A stretch of DNA of 64,000 nucleotides from Chloroflexota bacterium (GCA_003141455.1 PLMA01000026.1:10701-74700); one strand, 5' to 3'. Shown: positions 27,257 to 38,027, numbered from the stretch's first letter. Numbers and translations: made by a program. Notes: generated by a model from the sequence alone, not told the origin.

Positions 27257-28144
27257 ATGACCGCCGAGACCTCCACCTGGGCCACAAAGAAGGGCCTCGC
27301 CCAGATGCTCAAAGGCGGCGTCATCATGGACGTCGTTACCCCCGAGCACGCCCGGATCGCAGAGGATGCCGGCGCCTGCGCCGTCATGGCCCTCGAGCGC
27401 GTCCCGTCCGACATCCGGGCCGCGGGCGGAGTCGCGCGCATGAGCGACCCGGCCATGATCGAGGGGATCATGGCGGCGGTCAGCATCCCGGTCATGGCCA
27501 AGGCCCGCATCGGGCACTTCGTCGAGGCCCAGGTTCTCGAGGCCCTCGGCGTGGACTACATCGACGAGTCGGAGGTGCTCACACCGGCCGACGAGGTCAA
27601 CCACATCGACAAGCACCAGTTCAAGGTGCCGTTCGTGTGCGGTTGCCGAGACCTCGGCGAGGCGCTTCGGCGCATCAGCGAAGGCGCCGCGATGATCCGG
27701 ACAAAGGGTGAGGCCGGCACCGGAGACATCGTCGAGGCCGTGCGCCACATCCGGACTCTGATGTCCGATATCCGCCGCCTGGGTTCGATGCGCGAGGACG
27801 AGCTCTTCGTCGCCGCCAAGGAACTGGGCGCTCCCTACGACCTGGTCAAGCAGGTCCACGACGAAGGCAAGCTGCCGGTCGTCAACTTCGTGGCCGGCGG
27901 GATCGCTATCCCGGCCGACGCGGCTTTGGCCATGCAGCTCGGAGCCGAGGGCGTCTTCGTGGGGTCCGGTGTTTTCAAGAGCGAGAACCCCGCCAGGACT
28001 GCCGAAGCCATCGTCCAGGCCACTCTCCACTTCGACAACCCCAAGATCATCGCCGAGGTTTCGAAGGGCCTGGGTAGCCCGATGCGCGGGATCGCGGCGG
28101 TCACGATCCCCGAGGCGGAGCGGCTGGCGGTCCGAGGCTGGTAG
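27257..28144 (+). CDS. pdxS: Pyridoxal 5'-phosphate synthase subunit PdxS
   Basis: '[16 protein letters not shown]', 'MALERVP', '[13 protein letters not shown]', '[10 protein letters not shown]'. Confidence 0.97.
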   Translation: MTAETSTWATKKGLAQMLKGGVIMDVVTPEHARIAEDAGACAVMALERVPSDIRAAGGVARMSDPAMIEGIMAAVSIPVMAKARIGHFVEAQVLEALGVDYIDESEVLTPADEVNHIDKHQFKVPFVCGCRDLGEALRRISEGAAMIRTKGEAGTGDIVEAVRHIRTLMSDIRRLGSMREDELFVAAKELGAPYDLVKQVHDEGKLPVVNFVAGGIAIPADAALAMQLGAEGVFVGSGVFKSENPARTAEAIVQATLHFDNPKIIAEVSKGLGSPMRGIAAVTIPEAERLAVRGW

Positions 28145-28155
28145 CACGGGCTCCA

Positions 28156-28788
28156 ATGAAGATCGGCGTACTGGCGCTTCACGGCGCCGTCATCGAACAC
28201 ATCCGGACCCTCAGGGCGATCGGGGTCGAAGGCGTCCCCGTGCGGCTGCCCGAGGACTTGGAGGGGATCTCCGGGCTGATCCTGCCCGGTGGCGAGAGCA
28301 CAACCATGCGCAAGCTCGTCGCCAGGTGGGATCTGCGCGAACCCATCATGGCCCTCGCCCGTTCCGGCGCCCCGATCCTGGGCACGTGCGCCGGCATGAT
28401 CATCGTGGCCCGGGAGATCTCCGGCGGCGAGGAGCCGGTCTTCCCGCTCCTGGACGTGACCGTCGAGCGGAACGCTTTCGGCCGCCAGCTCGACTCGTTC
28501 GAGATCGATCTACCCGTGCCGATCCTGGGCGATCGTCCGGTCCACGCGATCTTCATTCGGGCCCCCATAATTGAGCGCGTTGGTCCCGGTGTGGAGGTGC
28601 TGGCCAGGTTGCCCGATCAACGCGTCGTAGCGGTTCGTCAGCGAAACGTCCTGGCGATCTCGTTCCATCCCGAGCTTGCGGGAGAGACGCGCTTCCATCG
28701 GCTCGTGGCCACGATGGCGGCTGAATATGCCGAGCCGGCCGAGGGGGCCGGGGCCACCGAGAGACGGCCGCTCGGGGAGGCCATGTGA
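28156..28788 (+). CDS. pdxT: PLP synthase glutaminase subunit PdxT
   Basis: 'IGVLAL.G...EH', 'PGGEST', 'GTCAG', 'RNAFGRQ..SF', 'FIRAP', 'FHPEL'. Confidence 0.95.
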   Translation: MKIGVLALHGAVIEHIRTLRAIGVEGVPVRLPEDLEGISGLILPGGESTTMRKLVARWDLREPIMALARSGAPILGTCAGMIIVAREISGGEEPVFPLLDVTVERNAFGRQLDSFEIDLPVPILGDRPVHAIFIRAPIIERVGPGVEVLARLPDQRVVAVRQRNVLAISFHPELAGETRFHRLVATMAAEYAEPAEGAGATERRPLGEAM

Positions 28789-29813
28789 GCGGACGCGTCC
28801 GCCTTGCCCGACTCACCGATCTGGCGGCGCTGGGGGAGCTATCGAGGCTGTCCCAGCTGGAACACGTCGACGCGAGATCGCTCGGCCTGCCGGTGAGCGG
28901 ACCCCGCATCGGAGTCTTCAGCCTCTTCCGGCTGCCGCTCGGTGCCTTCCGTCCCAACGATCTGTTGTTCGTCTACGAGGATGAGCGCCGCCTCTCCGGG
29001 CTGCTCCGGGTGGAGCGCGACGGCTCCCGGGACGAGTGGACGATCGTCGAGCTGGACGCTATCGGCTCCGGCGATTCGGGCGACACGCGCTTCCGGATGG
29101 TCCAGCACCTGCTGCGCGACGGGGCCAAGCGGGGCGCGATGAGATTCCACGTGGCCTGCTCGGACGGCCAGGGCAACGTGGAGCTGTTCATGCAGGCCGG
29201 CTTCGCCCGCTATGGGCAAGAGCGACTGCTGTTCCGCGGCACAGAGACTCCACTCCCGATGGGGTGGCCGGACGAGCGCTGCCGGGCGGCCCGAATCCGA
29301 TCCTGCCAGCCACTCGACTCGCTGCCGCTGGCACGGCTGTACGCCGCGGTGACGCCGCTGCCGGTGACTCGCCTTGAGTCGTACCGCCTGAGCGATTGGG
29401 AACGCCAGGGCGGGACCACGCGAGTGCCCCGTTCGAGCCTGGCTCCGATCTTGCGGTTCGCCGAGATGGAGGCCTACGTTCAGACCGCGGACGATGCCTC
29501 CGGAGAGGTCCTCGCGCTGGTCCAGGTCGGCGTCGCCAGAGAGGACCAGCCCCACTATCTCAAGATCATGGCCCGGCCCGAGACGGACGCCGGGCCCCTG
29601 GTGAGCTTCGGGTTGGGCTTGATCGCCGCCCGCATCGGCAAGGGCGGCAGCTGCCCCGACAACGGAGTCCTGGCCCCCGTTCGAACGTACGAAGCCCCGA
29701 TCGATCGCCGCCTCGAGGAAGCCGGTTTCGCTGACCTCGCCACGGTGACCCTCCTGATGAAGGAGGGCCTCGTGCGAGTGGCAGAGCCCGGCCTCGTCCC
29801 GGCGGTACGGTAG
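28785..29813 (+). CDS. Hypothetical protein, tandem GNAT-like fold
   Basis: Start overlaps pdxT stop; two GNAT-like ends '[12 protein letters not shown]' and '[11 protein letters not shown]'. Confidence 0.55.
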   Translation: MSGRVRLARLTDLAALGELSRLSQLEHVDARSLGLPVSGPRIGVFSLFRLPLGAFRPNDLLFVYEDERRLSGLLRVERDGSRDEWTIVELDAIGSGDSGDTRFRMVQHLLRDGAKRGAMRFHVACSDGQGNVELFMQAGFARYGQERLLFRGTETPLPMGWPDERCRAARIRSCQPLDSLPLARLYAAVTPLPVTRLESYRLSDWERQGGTTRVPRSSLAPILRFAEMEAYVQTADDASGEVLALVQVGVAREDQPHYLKIMARPETDAGPLVSFGLGLIAARIGKGGSCPDNGVLAPVRTYEAPIDRRLEEAGFADLATVTLLMKEGLVRVAEPGLVPAVR

Positions 29814-29833
29814 CTTGGAGAGCAGGAGAAGAC

Positions 29834-32083
29834 GTGGCTGATCAGAGCGTGGCACCCGGCCGGCGCGAGTTGATCGACGACCTGGATCTGCTCCTGGGGT
29901 CTCTTCCCCCGGATCTCCTCCAGGCCGTGCACGCCCTGCCCGACCCGTCGCAGCTGATCGAGATCGTGATGGACCTGGGTCGCCGGCCCGAGGCTCGCTT
30001 CACGGACGGCGAGGTGACACTGCTCGAACGCGAGATCAGCGAGGCGGACCTGCAGTACGTCGTCGATCACATCGGCGCCTTCGGTGGGGACAACCGCGCC
30101 GGAATCGAGCGGACGCTGCATCGCATCAGCGCCATTCGCAACCGCACGGGCAAGATCGTCGGCCTGACGTCCCGCATCGGCCGGGCCGTCTACGGGACGA
30201 TCGAGATCATCAACGACTACGTCGAGTCGGGTAAGTCGATCCTGATCATGGGCCGGCCCGGGATCGGCAAGACGACGATGCTGCGCGAGGCCGCTCGCGT
30301 CCTGGCGGATGACCAGGGGAAACGCGTCGTCGTGGTGGACACGAGCAACGAGATCGCCGGCGACGGCGACATCCCGCACCCGGCCATCGGCAGGGCCAGG
30401 CGGATGCAGGTCCAGACGCCCGCGGCACAGCACCAGGTGATGATCGAGGCGGTCGAGAACCACATGCCCGAGGTCATCGTCATCGACGAGATCGGCACGG
30501 AGCTGGAGGCCCAGGCGGCCCGCACCATCGCCGAGCGGGGCGTCCAGCTAATAGGCACGGCCCACGGAAACAACCTCGACAACCTGATGCTGAACCCGAC
30601 CCTGACCGACCTGATCGGTGGTATCCAGACGGTCACTCTGGGCGACGAGGAGGCGCGGCGTCGCCGCTCGCAGAAGAGCATCCTGGAGCGCAAGGCTCCG
30701 CCGACCTTCGACGTAATCGTCGAGATACAGGATCGCGAGAAGGTCCTCGTCCACTCCGACGTGGCGGAGACTGTGGATGCGATGCTGCGCGGCGATCCCG
30801 TCTCCGCCGAGCTGCGCTGGCGCGACGAAGGCGGGGTGCATCGTTCCCAGTCGCGGCCAAAGCCCTCGCCGCGGGAGGCGCTGACCAGCGACCGATTCGG
30901 CAGCGACCGGTTCGCGGGACTCGTGGGGGCTGGCCCGGGCTGGCGGACGGAGCCGGGCTGGCGGGGGTCGGGTTCGTACCACGCCCCGGCGGACTGGCGC
31001 GACGCGGATCGAGGCCCGGCACGGCCGGGGTATCGGTCCGGCTCGAGCGGCGGCTGGCGGACGCCGGTCCGCGGCGCTCGCGAGGTTCGGGAGAGCGCCC
31101 GGCGGACCCCCGGCGGAGAAGCGGGCGGTCGCGGGGACCCCGGCAGCGAAGCGCCCGATCAAGGCCGGTCCGGCGCGAGAGATGCCGACACCGCCGGTGG
31201 ACGGATCGTCCCCGGAGAGCGGTTTGCGGTGAGCCCGCTGGGCCCCGGCCGCGTTCCCAGCGAGGTCCCCTTCCGAGCGGGGGAGATAGCCGACCGCGGC
31301 CCGATCGAACGCGGAGCGGCGCCGGTTCCGGAGCCGCGCGCCCGGGAGCTGCGTGAGCTGGAGCGGCAACGGGCGTGGGCTCAGCAGGCGACGCGCGCCC
31401 TGAACGACTACCGCGCCGAGGGCGTGGAGGAAGAAGAGGAGGAGACGCCTGGCGCGGTCTCCCCCGAAACCTCCGCCGAGGAGCGCGAGGATCTGGCCGA
31501 CGACCTGGCCGAGGACGACGCGTCATCCGAGGATGACGAGGCCGTAGCGGACATCGTTCGGCTGCGGGCCGGCAGCGAAGCCTCGGACGAGGAGGGCCGG
31601 CCCGTACTTCGGGTTCACGACTCGGACACGATCCTTCCGACCCTGCGAGTCCTGCCCCACGGGATAAGCCGCAAACGACTGGAGCAGGCGATCAAGGAAC
31701 TGCAGCTGCCCGTGATCATCGCCCGCGATCCGGACGAGGCGGACGTGGTCATGACCCTCAAGAGCGAGTACCGCCAGAAGACGTCGGGGCTGCGCGAGGC
31801 GGAGGATCGAGGCCTGCCAATCTACGTCCTCAAGAGCAACACCATCGTCCAGATGGAGGCAAGTCTGACCTCGATCTTCTCGCTCGAGGTCGATCCGCGC
31901 GAGGCCGCTCTGCGTGAGGCGGAAGAGGCGATCGGGATGGTCATCCGCCGCGTCGAGCCGGTCGAACTGTCACCCCAGAACGCGTACATCCGGCGGCTGC
32001 AGCACCAGATGGCGGAGCGGGCCAATCTCATCTCACGTTCGCGCGGCCGGGAGCCGTATCGTCGAGTCCGGCTGTACCCGTAG
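29834..32083 (+). CDS. Ycf45/SpoIIIAA-like AAA+ ATPase with C-terminal R3H domain
   Basis: '[14 protein letters not shown]', Walker A 'GRPGIGKT', '[14 protein letters not shown]', 'IVIDEIG', R3H '[10 protein letters not shown]'. Confidence 0.88.
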   Translation: MADQSVAPGRRELIDDLDLLLGSLPPDLLQAVHALPDPSQLIEIVMDLGRRPEARFTDGEVTLLEREISEADLQYVVDHIGAFGGDNRAGIERTLHRISAIRNRTGKIVGLTSRIGRAVYGTIEIINDYVESGKSILIMGRPGIGKTTMLREAARVLADDQGKRVVVVDTSNEIAGDGDIPHPAIGRARRMQVQTPAAQHQVMIEAVENHMPEVIVIDEIGTELEAQAARTIAERGVQLIGTAHGNNLDNLMLNPTLTDLIGGIQTVTLGDEEARRRRSQKSILERKAPPTFDVIVEIQDREKVLVHSDVAETVDAMLRGDPVSAELRWRDEGGVHRSQSRPKPSPREALTSDRFGSDRFAGLVGAGPGWRTEPGWRGSGSYHAPADWRDADRGPARPGYRSGSSGGWRTPVRGAREVRESARRTPGGEAGGRGDPGSEAPDQGRSGARDADTAGGRIVPGERFAVSPLGPGRVPSEVPFRAGEIADRGPIERGAAPVPEPRARELRELERQRAWAQQATRALNDYRAEGVEEEEEETPGAVSPETSAEEREDLADDLAEDDASSEDDEAVADIVRLRAGSEASDEEGRPVLRVHDSDTILPTLRVLPHGISRKRLEQAIKELQLPVIIARDPDEADVVMTLKSEYRQKTSGLREAEDRGLPIYVLKSNTIVQMEASLTSIFSLEVDPREAALREAEEAIGMVIRRVEPVELSPQNAYIRRLQHQMAERANLISRSRGREPYRRVRLYP

Positions 32084-32089
32084 AGGGGG

Positions 32090-32827
32090 CTACGTGGTCG
32101 GCGCCTCGATGGTTACTCCGGAGAGGGCCTCGAAGTTGTAGTCGAGTGAGATCGTGGCGTGGGCCGGTGCCCCGGTCGCTTCCTGGCTCCAGGACCCCGA
32201 GACTGTCATGCCGGCCGGGGTGCCGTCGTCTTTGGCCCACAGGACCAAGGTATATGTCCCCGTGGCCATGTTGGGGTCGCCGAAGAGCGACTTCGAATCG
32301 GGTGGCTTGACGAGGTTGAGGTGGTGGAGCCGCTGGCCGTTGTGGGTTTCGACGCCCTTGTCGGTTACGCCGCCCGCCGTGAGGCGCGGGAAGGAGAGGC
32401 CGGTCGAAGCTCGGGCCGCCTTGGTCCACTTGCCGTTGTTCGTTCGCGAGTAGTCCGAGCCGCCGAGCGAGACCTGATCGCCGGTGCTCTTCGATCCGCC
32501 AAGTGTCATCGTCATCGTGGATGAGCCGTCGTTGCCCTTGATCTTGAACGCGCCGGAGTAGGTTCCATCGGTCTTCTGCCCGCCGATGGTGACCGAGACC
32601 GTGCCGGCGATGGATCCCGAAACCTGGAAGTCGCTGGCGGTGACTTTGGACGTGTAGCTTGAGACGAGCGACGGTGAGGCGCCCGGCCACGCCTGGGCGA
32701 TCAACGAGTTCACATCGACCGAGGGCGTGTCCCAGTGAGCGCCGGCAGCGCTGGCGATGAGGGCGGCGCCGGCTAGCCAGAGCGAGGCCTCAGCCGCAAA
32801 CGCGGTGATGCTGCCTACCTTGCTCAA
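32090..32827 (-). CDS. Exported hypothetical protein (LppX/LprAFG-like beta-rich fold)
   Basis: SD GGAGGT before TTG; N-terminal hydrophobic segment; Ser/Thr/Gly-rich beta strands; 'GVET.NG..LHHL'; C-terminal 'VTIEAP'. Confidence 0.6.
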   Translation of the reverse strand: MSKVGSITAFAAEASLWLAGAALIASAAGAHWDTPSVDVNSLIAQAWPGASPSLVSSYTSKVTASDFQVSGSIAGTVSVTIGGQKTDGTYSGAFKIKGNDGSSTMTMTLGGSKSTGDQVSLGGSDYSRTNNGKWTKAARASTGLSFPRLTAGGVTDKGVETHNGQRLHHLNLVKPPDSKSLFGDPNMATGTYTLVLWAKDDGTPAGMTVSGSWSQEATGAPAHATISLDYNFEALSGVTIEAPTT

Positions 32828-33117
32828 CAGCTACCTCCCTGCGCCGAGACACACGGACGGCGAACGATTCGGTGAATTGCGAGCCTAGGATAGTTGGTGC
32901 CCCCGCTAGCGAACCTGCCCAAACGGCACAGGGTTGCCCAGGACTGCCGGCTGGTAGGGCGAAGGGCACGCCAACACCGCGCTCACAACTCTCCCCGATC
33001 TGGGCTTGACGCCGAGGCAGGCGAAGAACTCCACGTGGCCGTCCGGGGCGGCACCGGATCGCACGAGAGAAGCCGGTCGCCCAACTCGTATCGGCGCGGC
33101 TCGGCTAGACTCGGCGA

Positions 33118-33855
33118 ATGCACCTCGACGGCGGCCAACGACGAGGGTTCTTTATGACCCTCGAGGGGCCTGAGGGTTCGGGCAAGTCGACGCAGGCTCA
33201 GCGGCTCACGGCTCGGCTGGCCGCGGCCGGGTATCTCTGCGCCGTCACCCGCGAGCCCGGAGGAACGCGGCTCGGAGAAGAGATCCGCCAGATCCTGCTC
33301 CACGGCATGTCTCCGGTTCCGGCCGCGGATGCTCTCCTCTTCAATGCCGCCCGCGCCCAGCTCGCCGCCGAGGTCATCGAGCCGGCCCTGGCCAGGGGTG
33401 AGGTCGTGATCTGCGATCGCTTCAGCGATTCGACGCTGGCCTACCAGGGGTACGGCGCCGGACAAGCGCTCGATGCCCTGCGCGAGATGGCTCGCTTCGC
33501 CGTAGGGGGCCTCGTTCCGGACATGACCGTCCTGATCGACCTGCCGATTGAGGAGGGCCTGGGTCGCAAGTTCAACGGACCCGACATCACCCGGTTCGAA
33601 TCGAACGAGGACGTGGCCTTCCACCGCCGCGTTCGGACCGGCTTCCTGGCGCTGGCCGCGGCCGAGCCGGACCGCTTTCTCGTCATCGACGGCCGTCAGC
33701 CCCCCGACGCGATCGAGGCGGAGATCGCGGAGGCGCTCCTGTCGCGGATCGGCCAGCGAGACAGGCTGCTCCTGGGCGAGGCAGAGCGAGGCGCTCATCG
33801 GTCCGGAACGGCATCGAGTGAACCGGAACGCGCCTCGCTGCGAATGAACAAGTGA
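33118..33855 (+). CDS. tmk: Thymidylate kinase
   Basis: 'LEGPEGSGKSTQ', 'TREPGGT', 'ICDRFSDSTLAYQGYG'; TAGACT -10 lies 6 nt before ATG 33118. Confidence 0.95.
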   Translation: MHLDGGQRRGFFMTLEGPEGSGKSTQAQRLTARLAAAGYLCAVTREPGGTRLGEEIRQILLHGMSPVPAADALLFNAARAQLAAEVIEPALARGEVVICDRFSDSTLAYQGYGAGQALDALREMARFAVGGLVPDMTVLIDLPIEEGLGRKFNGPDITRFESNEDVAFHRRVRTGFLALAAAEPDRFLVIDGRQPPDAIEAEIAEALLSRIGQRDRLLLGEAERGAHRSGTASSEPERASLRMNK

Positions 33856-34520
33856 GGGACCACGTGGCAGCGGCCCCGGCCCTCGTCACGCCTGAGAAGC
33901 AGGCGGAATGGCACTCGGAGGCCGAGTTGATGCGGCAGGTCGCCGCCGGGGACACCGGCGGGCTCGAGACTTTGTACGATCGCTATCACGCCATGGCGTA
34001 TGCGCTTGCCCTGCGGATCACCACCGAGACGGGGCTGGCTGAGGATGTCGTACAGGACTCGTTCCTTGGCGTCTGGCGCAATGCCGCCCGGTATGCCGAA
34101 CCCAAGGGCAGCGTTCGAGGCTGGCTGCTGGCCATCGTCCGCCACCGAGCGATAGACGCCATACGGCGCCAGCGGAATGGTGTGGCTCTGGGGGACCAGG
34201 CGGACGATACCCTCCCGGCATCCCTCACGATCCCCGACATTTGGCCGGAAGTGGCCGGCCGGCTCGATGCCGAGCAGGTTCGCGGGGCCCTGACGGCACT
34301 TCCGCCCGCCCAGAGGGAAGTCATCGAGCTCGCCTACTTCGACGGCCTTACCCAGCGCGAGATCGCGTTCCACACAAACGCCCCTCTGGGCACTGTGAAG
34401 AGCCGCATGCGGCTCGGGCTCGTCGCCCTGCGCCAGCAGCTCGTTGGCGACACAGGCGGTCGCGCCGACCTCCGGGCCCTCGGCGTGGCTGCTTCCGCCG
34501 GCAAGAAAGGTCTGGTCTGA
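33852..34520 (+). CDS. ECF sigma-70 factor (SigK-like)
   Basis: 'LYDRY', 'AEDVVQDSF', 'WLLAIVRHRAID', region 4 'LPPAQREVIELAYFDGLTQREIA...PLGTVKSRMRLGL'. Confidence 0.92.
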   Translation: MRDHVAAAPALVTPEKQAEWHSEAELMRQVAAGDTGGLETLYDRYHAMAYALALRITTETGLAEDVVQDSFLGVWRNAARYAEPKGSVRGWLLAIVRHRAIDAIRRQRNGVALGDQADDTLPASLTIPDIWPEVAGRLDAEQVRGALTALPPAQREVIELAYFDGLTQREIAFHTNAPLGTVKSRMRLGLVALRQQLVGDTGGRADLRALGVAASAGKKGLV

Positions 34521-34521
34521 C

Positions 34522-35367
34522 ATGGCCATGACCTGCGATCGCGTCCGCGAGCTTGCCTCAGGGTTCGTACTGGGGGCGCTGGAGCCCGACGAGATGGCCG
34601 CCGTGCGCCACCACGTGGACCATTGCCGCAAGTCGCACCAAGAGCTTGCCGAACTCGGTGGCATCCTGCCCTATCTGGCCGTGGCTCCGGAGCCCGTCGA
34701 GCCGCCGACCTGGCTGCGCGGCTCCGTCATCGCTGCCGTCAAGGCGGACCTCCAGGAGCGGCAACCCGTCGCCAAGCCGACCGAACGTCGGGTCCTCGAA
34801 CCCGTGGCAGCAACGGCTACGACGTCTACGCCCCCAACCCATCCGAACGCGACGATCATCTCGCTGGATGCTGCCCTCCGCTCGAGGAGCAGCCGGGCCG
34901 CGACCTGGATCACGCGAATAGCGGCCGCCGTCGCTGTCGTGGCCCTGGCCGGCTACGCGTTCGCGATCCAGGGCGATCTCAACAAGGCCAAGCAGGACCA
35001 GAGCCATCTGGCCGCCGTCATCAACGTCATCGGCCAGCCCGATACGATAAAGGTGTCACTGATAGACACCGAAGGCAAAGGCGCGAACGGCTTCGTCGCC
35101 CTTCGGCCCAACGGCCACATCATCGTCAATCTGAACAGCCTCGCGGTCACGCACGGCGATCAGGTCTACATGGTCTGGCTGACCGGAGCCAACAACGTAC
35201 CGGTCAAGGTCGGGGCGTTCACCGTAGGCGACGACGGCAAGGGCTGGGTGGAAGTGCAGAACGTTTCCACTTCGGCGAGCATGTGGATCACGGTCTGCAG
35301 AGAGCCGAACTCGAACGTGACCAAGCCCACCGGGCCGACGATCCTGAGCGGGACGATCTCGCTCTAG
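34522..35367 (+). CDS. Anti-sigma factor (RskA-like, N-terminal zf-HC2)
   Basis: 'CDRVRELASGFVLGALE...HVDHC', single TM, extracytoplasmic 'QVYMVWL...VGAF...VCREP...PTGP.IL.G'. Confidence 0.8.
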   Translation: MAMTCDRVRELASGFVLGALEPDEMAAVRHHVDHCRKSHQELAELGGILPYLAVAPEPVEPPTWLRGSVIAAVKADLQERQPVAKPTERRVLEPVAATATTSTPPTHPNATIISLDAALRSRSSRAATWITRIAAAVAVVALAGYAFAIQGDLNKAKQDQSHLAAVINVIGQPDTIKVSLIDTEGKGANGFVALRPNGHIIVNLNSLAVTHGDQVYMVWLTGANNVPVKVGAFTVGDDGKGWVEVQNVSTSASMWITVCREPNSNVTKPTGPTILSGTISL

Positions 35368-35385
35368 GCTCGGGCCCGCGGCCGA

Positions 35386-36423
35386 CTACTCGTCCTTCGG
35401 GGCCGGCTGCGTCACCACTCTGTCGCCACCCGCGAGACGGGCCGAATGCATTGCCCGCTCCGCGACTTCCAGCAGCTCCTCGGGCGTGCGTCCGTCCATA
35501 GGGAAGATGCTGACTCCCGCCGAGACGGAGATGGCGTTGCCATCGACCGGCGGCAGCGCGGCGATGCTGCGGACCAGGCGCTCGACGACGGTCAGCCCAT
35601 CCGAGCCCGGGGCCACGAGGATGAACTGATCTCTGGCGAAGCGAGCGATGGTGTCGACCAGCCGGACCGACTCGGCGAGTAGCTGGGCCACCCGCCGCAG
35701 AGAATCATCGCCGGCCGCGTTTCCGGCGTTCTTCTGGATCTCGGCGAGCCGGTCGATCTCGAACAGGGCGATGCAGAGCGGCATGCCCTGCCGACCGGCT
35801 CGAGCCACTTCCAGCTCGAGCATCCGGTCCAGCGTGCGGCGATTCGCCAGGCCCGTGAGCGGATCGGTATGAGCCAGGCGATCGAACCACTCCGCCCGCT
35901 CCGAGCCGACCGATAGAGCCAGGGCCCGCTCAACGGCCACGGCGGCCAGATCCGCCAGCGGCTCGGCGGCGACCAGGTTGTCGTGCGCGGGAAGCGGCCC
36001 GGCGAATCCCAGGGCCATGACGCCCAGCGCAAGCTCGGTGTCGTCGCGCCGGACGACCAGAGGCAGCAACAGCGCCGTCGCGGCTCCTCGCAGGATCCCA
36101 ATATGACCCGCGTCGTCGACCTCCAGCGGATGTCGCGATCGGGTGACGTCGGCCAAGGGGTCGTGGCTCTTGGAGGCGGCCTTGATCGACCTGCCCTCCT
36201 CGACGATCTTGGCGTCGACACCGTAGGTAACCGCCAATTCGATCTCGTCGAGGTCCTGATCGATGATGTAGGTCGCGCCGAGGCTCGCGCCCAGGTACTC
36301 GGCAGCCAGGCCGAGCAGCTCGGCGAGCGAGTCGTCGAGGTCGTCGCCACGGGCGACCGCGGCGGCCGCGTCCGCGAACATCTGGCCATTGGTGCGCTCG
36401 TGGAGCGGTCGTTCGCCCGACAC
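35386..36423 (-). CDS. GAF + degenerate GGDEF domain protein
   Basis: SD GGGAGG before GTG 36423; 'TDPLTGLANRR'; 'FEIDRL' in place of DIDxFK; 'ARFARDQF' in place of ARxGGDEF. Confidence 0.8.
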   Translation of the reverse strand: MSGERPLHERTNGQMFADAAAAVARGDDLDDSLAELLGLAAEYLGASLGATYIIDQDLDEIELAVTYGVDAKIVEEGRSIKAASKSHDPLADVTRSRHPLEVDDAGHIGILRGAATALLLPLVVRRDDTELALGVMALGFAGPLPAHDNLVAAEPLADLAAVAVERALALSVGSERAEWFDRLAHTDPLTGLANRRTLDRMLELEVARAGRQGMPLCIALFEIDRLAEIQKNAGNAAGDDSLRRVAQLLAESVRLVDTIARFARDQFILVAPGSDGLTVVERLVRSIAALPPVDGNAISVSAGVSIFPMDGRTPEELLEVAERAMHSARLAGGDRVVTQPAPKDE

Positions 36424-36598
36424 AGTTCCTCCCTGCCACATGGCGGATTGCCTCCGTCCGATTGTACGGCCAAGCTCTCCGGTCCGCGACTGTGGAGCCG
36501 ACAACGGAGTGGCCGTTCTCGCGCTGCCGGCCGCGCTGCCGGCCGCCCCGCCGGCAACCCGCCTCACCGGCCGCGATCGTCAGCTTATACTCGGCCTC

Positions 36599-36928
36599 GT
36601 GAAGCTAGTCGTCATAGTCGTTCACAATGAGGACTCCCGCGCCCTCATCGACGCCCTGCTTGCCCACGAGTATCGGGCCACGTGGCTGCACAGCTCGGGC
36701 GGCTTCCTCAAACAGTCCAACGCCACGATCCTGGCGGGCGTCGAAGACGCCAAGGTCGAAGAGATCGTGGGCCTGGTCCGGGACAACTGCCACGCCCGCA
36801 CTCAGACGGTGAGCCCGATCCCGCCGATCATGGAGCCGGGCGAGTTCTTCTTGCCCTACCCGCTCGAAGTGGAGGTAGGCGGGGCCGTGGTCTTCGTCCT
36901 GCCGGTCGAGCGATTCGAACGAATCTAG
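36599..36928 (+). CDS. darA: Cyclic-di-AMP receptor, PII-like (DarA/PstA/YaaQ family)
   Basis: 'KLVVIVVHNED', 'TWLHSSGGFLKQSNAT', 'EVEVGGAVVFVLPVERF'; TATACT lies 7 nt before the GTG. Confidence 0.85.
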   Translation: MKLVVIVVHNEDSRALIDALLAHEYRATWLHSSGGFLKQSNATILAGVEDAKVEEIVGLVRDNCHARTQTVSPIPPIMEPGEFFLPYPLEVEVGGAVVFVLPVERFERI

Positions 36929-36957
36929 GGGGACCGGCCTTCGACCCGAGGTTTCAC

Positions 36958-37542
36958 GTGAGCCCTCTCCGCCCGGATATCGTCGACATCTGGATCTTCC
37001 GAAACCGAGAGGCCCGCCCGTCCTCGGCCTCGGATCCTTCGCAGACCCGGGGTTCCCGGCAGGCAGCTGGGACCGAAGGCGTCGCCGACGCCACAGCGCT
37101 CGGAGGAGACCTGGAGATCCTGCTCCTGCGGCGCTCACCGGGCCGAATCCTGCCCGGTCTGTGGCAATGCGTCTCGGGGCGGCTGGAGCCGGGTGAGACC
37201 ATTCCCGCGGGGGCGCTCCGCGAACTGCGAGAAGAAACCGGTATCGGGCCGGAGCAGATCGCCGGCTTCTACGACCTCGATCAGGTCAACCAGTTCCACG
37301 AGCCGTCCGTTGGCGCGGTTGTCACCAGCGTGATCTTCGCCGTATGGATCCCCGCGGCGGTGGTGCCGATCCTCTCCTACGAGCACGACGCGATGCGCTG
37401 GGTCTCGCCGCCCGAGGCGCTGGAGTTGGCCGTCTGGCCGGCATACCGCGAGTCGATCCGCCGCATCGTCGAGAACCTGGTGGATCCGGAACGGGCCATC
37501 TGGTTCGAGCTGGATCTCTCGGGGGAGCGGGCTCGCCGCTAG
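36958..37542 (+). CDS. NUDIX hydrolase (NudB-like)
   Basis: 'LLLRR...WQCVSG', Nudix box 'GRLEPGETIPAGALRELREETGI', 'LS.EH...RW'. Confidence 0.85.
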   Translation: MSPLRPDIVDIWIFRNREARPSSASDPSQTRGSRQAAGTEGVADATALGGDLEILLLRRSPGRILPGLWQCVSGRLEPGETIPAGALRELREETGIGPEQIAGFYDLDQVNQFHEPSVGAVVTSVIFAVWIPAAVVPILSYEHDAMRWVSPPEALELAVWPAYRESIRRIVENLVDPERAIWFELDLSGERARR

Positions 37543-37720
37543 AGAGCGCCGGCGGCCGGAAACGAGCTTCGGCGCCAGAACGGCGGCCTGTCAGATCGTC
37601 GGACGAGCCACCACGCGAGCGAGAAACGCCCGCTCCCTCCGCGGGGCGGCCGTTTCGGGTTATCTCGACGGATGGCCGATGATGGGGAGGAGACAACTCG
37701 GCCCGAGCGCTGGAGGAGCT

Positions 37721-38020
37721 ATGTTCGTGACACTGGTCCACGTCCACGTCAAGCCCGAGCATCTGGCCGAGTTCATCGAGGCGGCCCGGGCGAATCACCT
37801 GGCCTCAGTGCGTGAGCCCGGAAACCTTCGCTTCGACGTCCTGCAGTCGGCCAAGGACGAGACACGCTTCGTGCTGTACGAGGCCTATCGCGACGAGGCG
37901 GCGGCGAAGGCCCACAAGGAGACGGCCCACTACGCCGCCTGGCGCGATGCGGTGGCGAACTGGATGGCCGAACCCCGCCTGGGCGTTCGCTACGATGGCC
38001 TGCTTCCAGTGACCGAGTAG
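37721..38020 (+). CDS. ABM-family (LsrG-like) protein
   Basis: SD GGAGG; 'EPGNLRFDVLQ', 'FVLYEAY', 'HKETAHY..WRD'. Confidence 0.85.
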   Translation: MFVTLVHVHVKPEHLAEFIEAARANHLASVREPGNLRFDVLQSAKDETRFVLYEAYRDEAAAKAHKETAHYAAWRDAVANWMAEPRLGVRYDGLLPVTE

Positions 38021-38027
38021 GCGCGCC

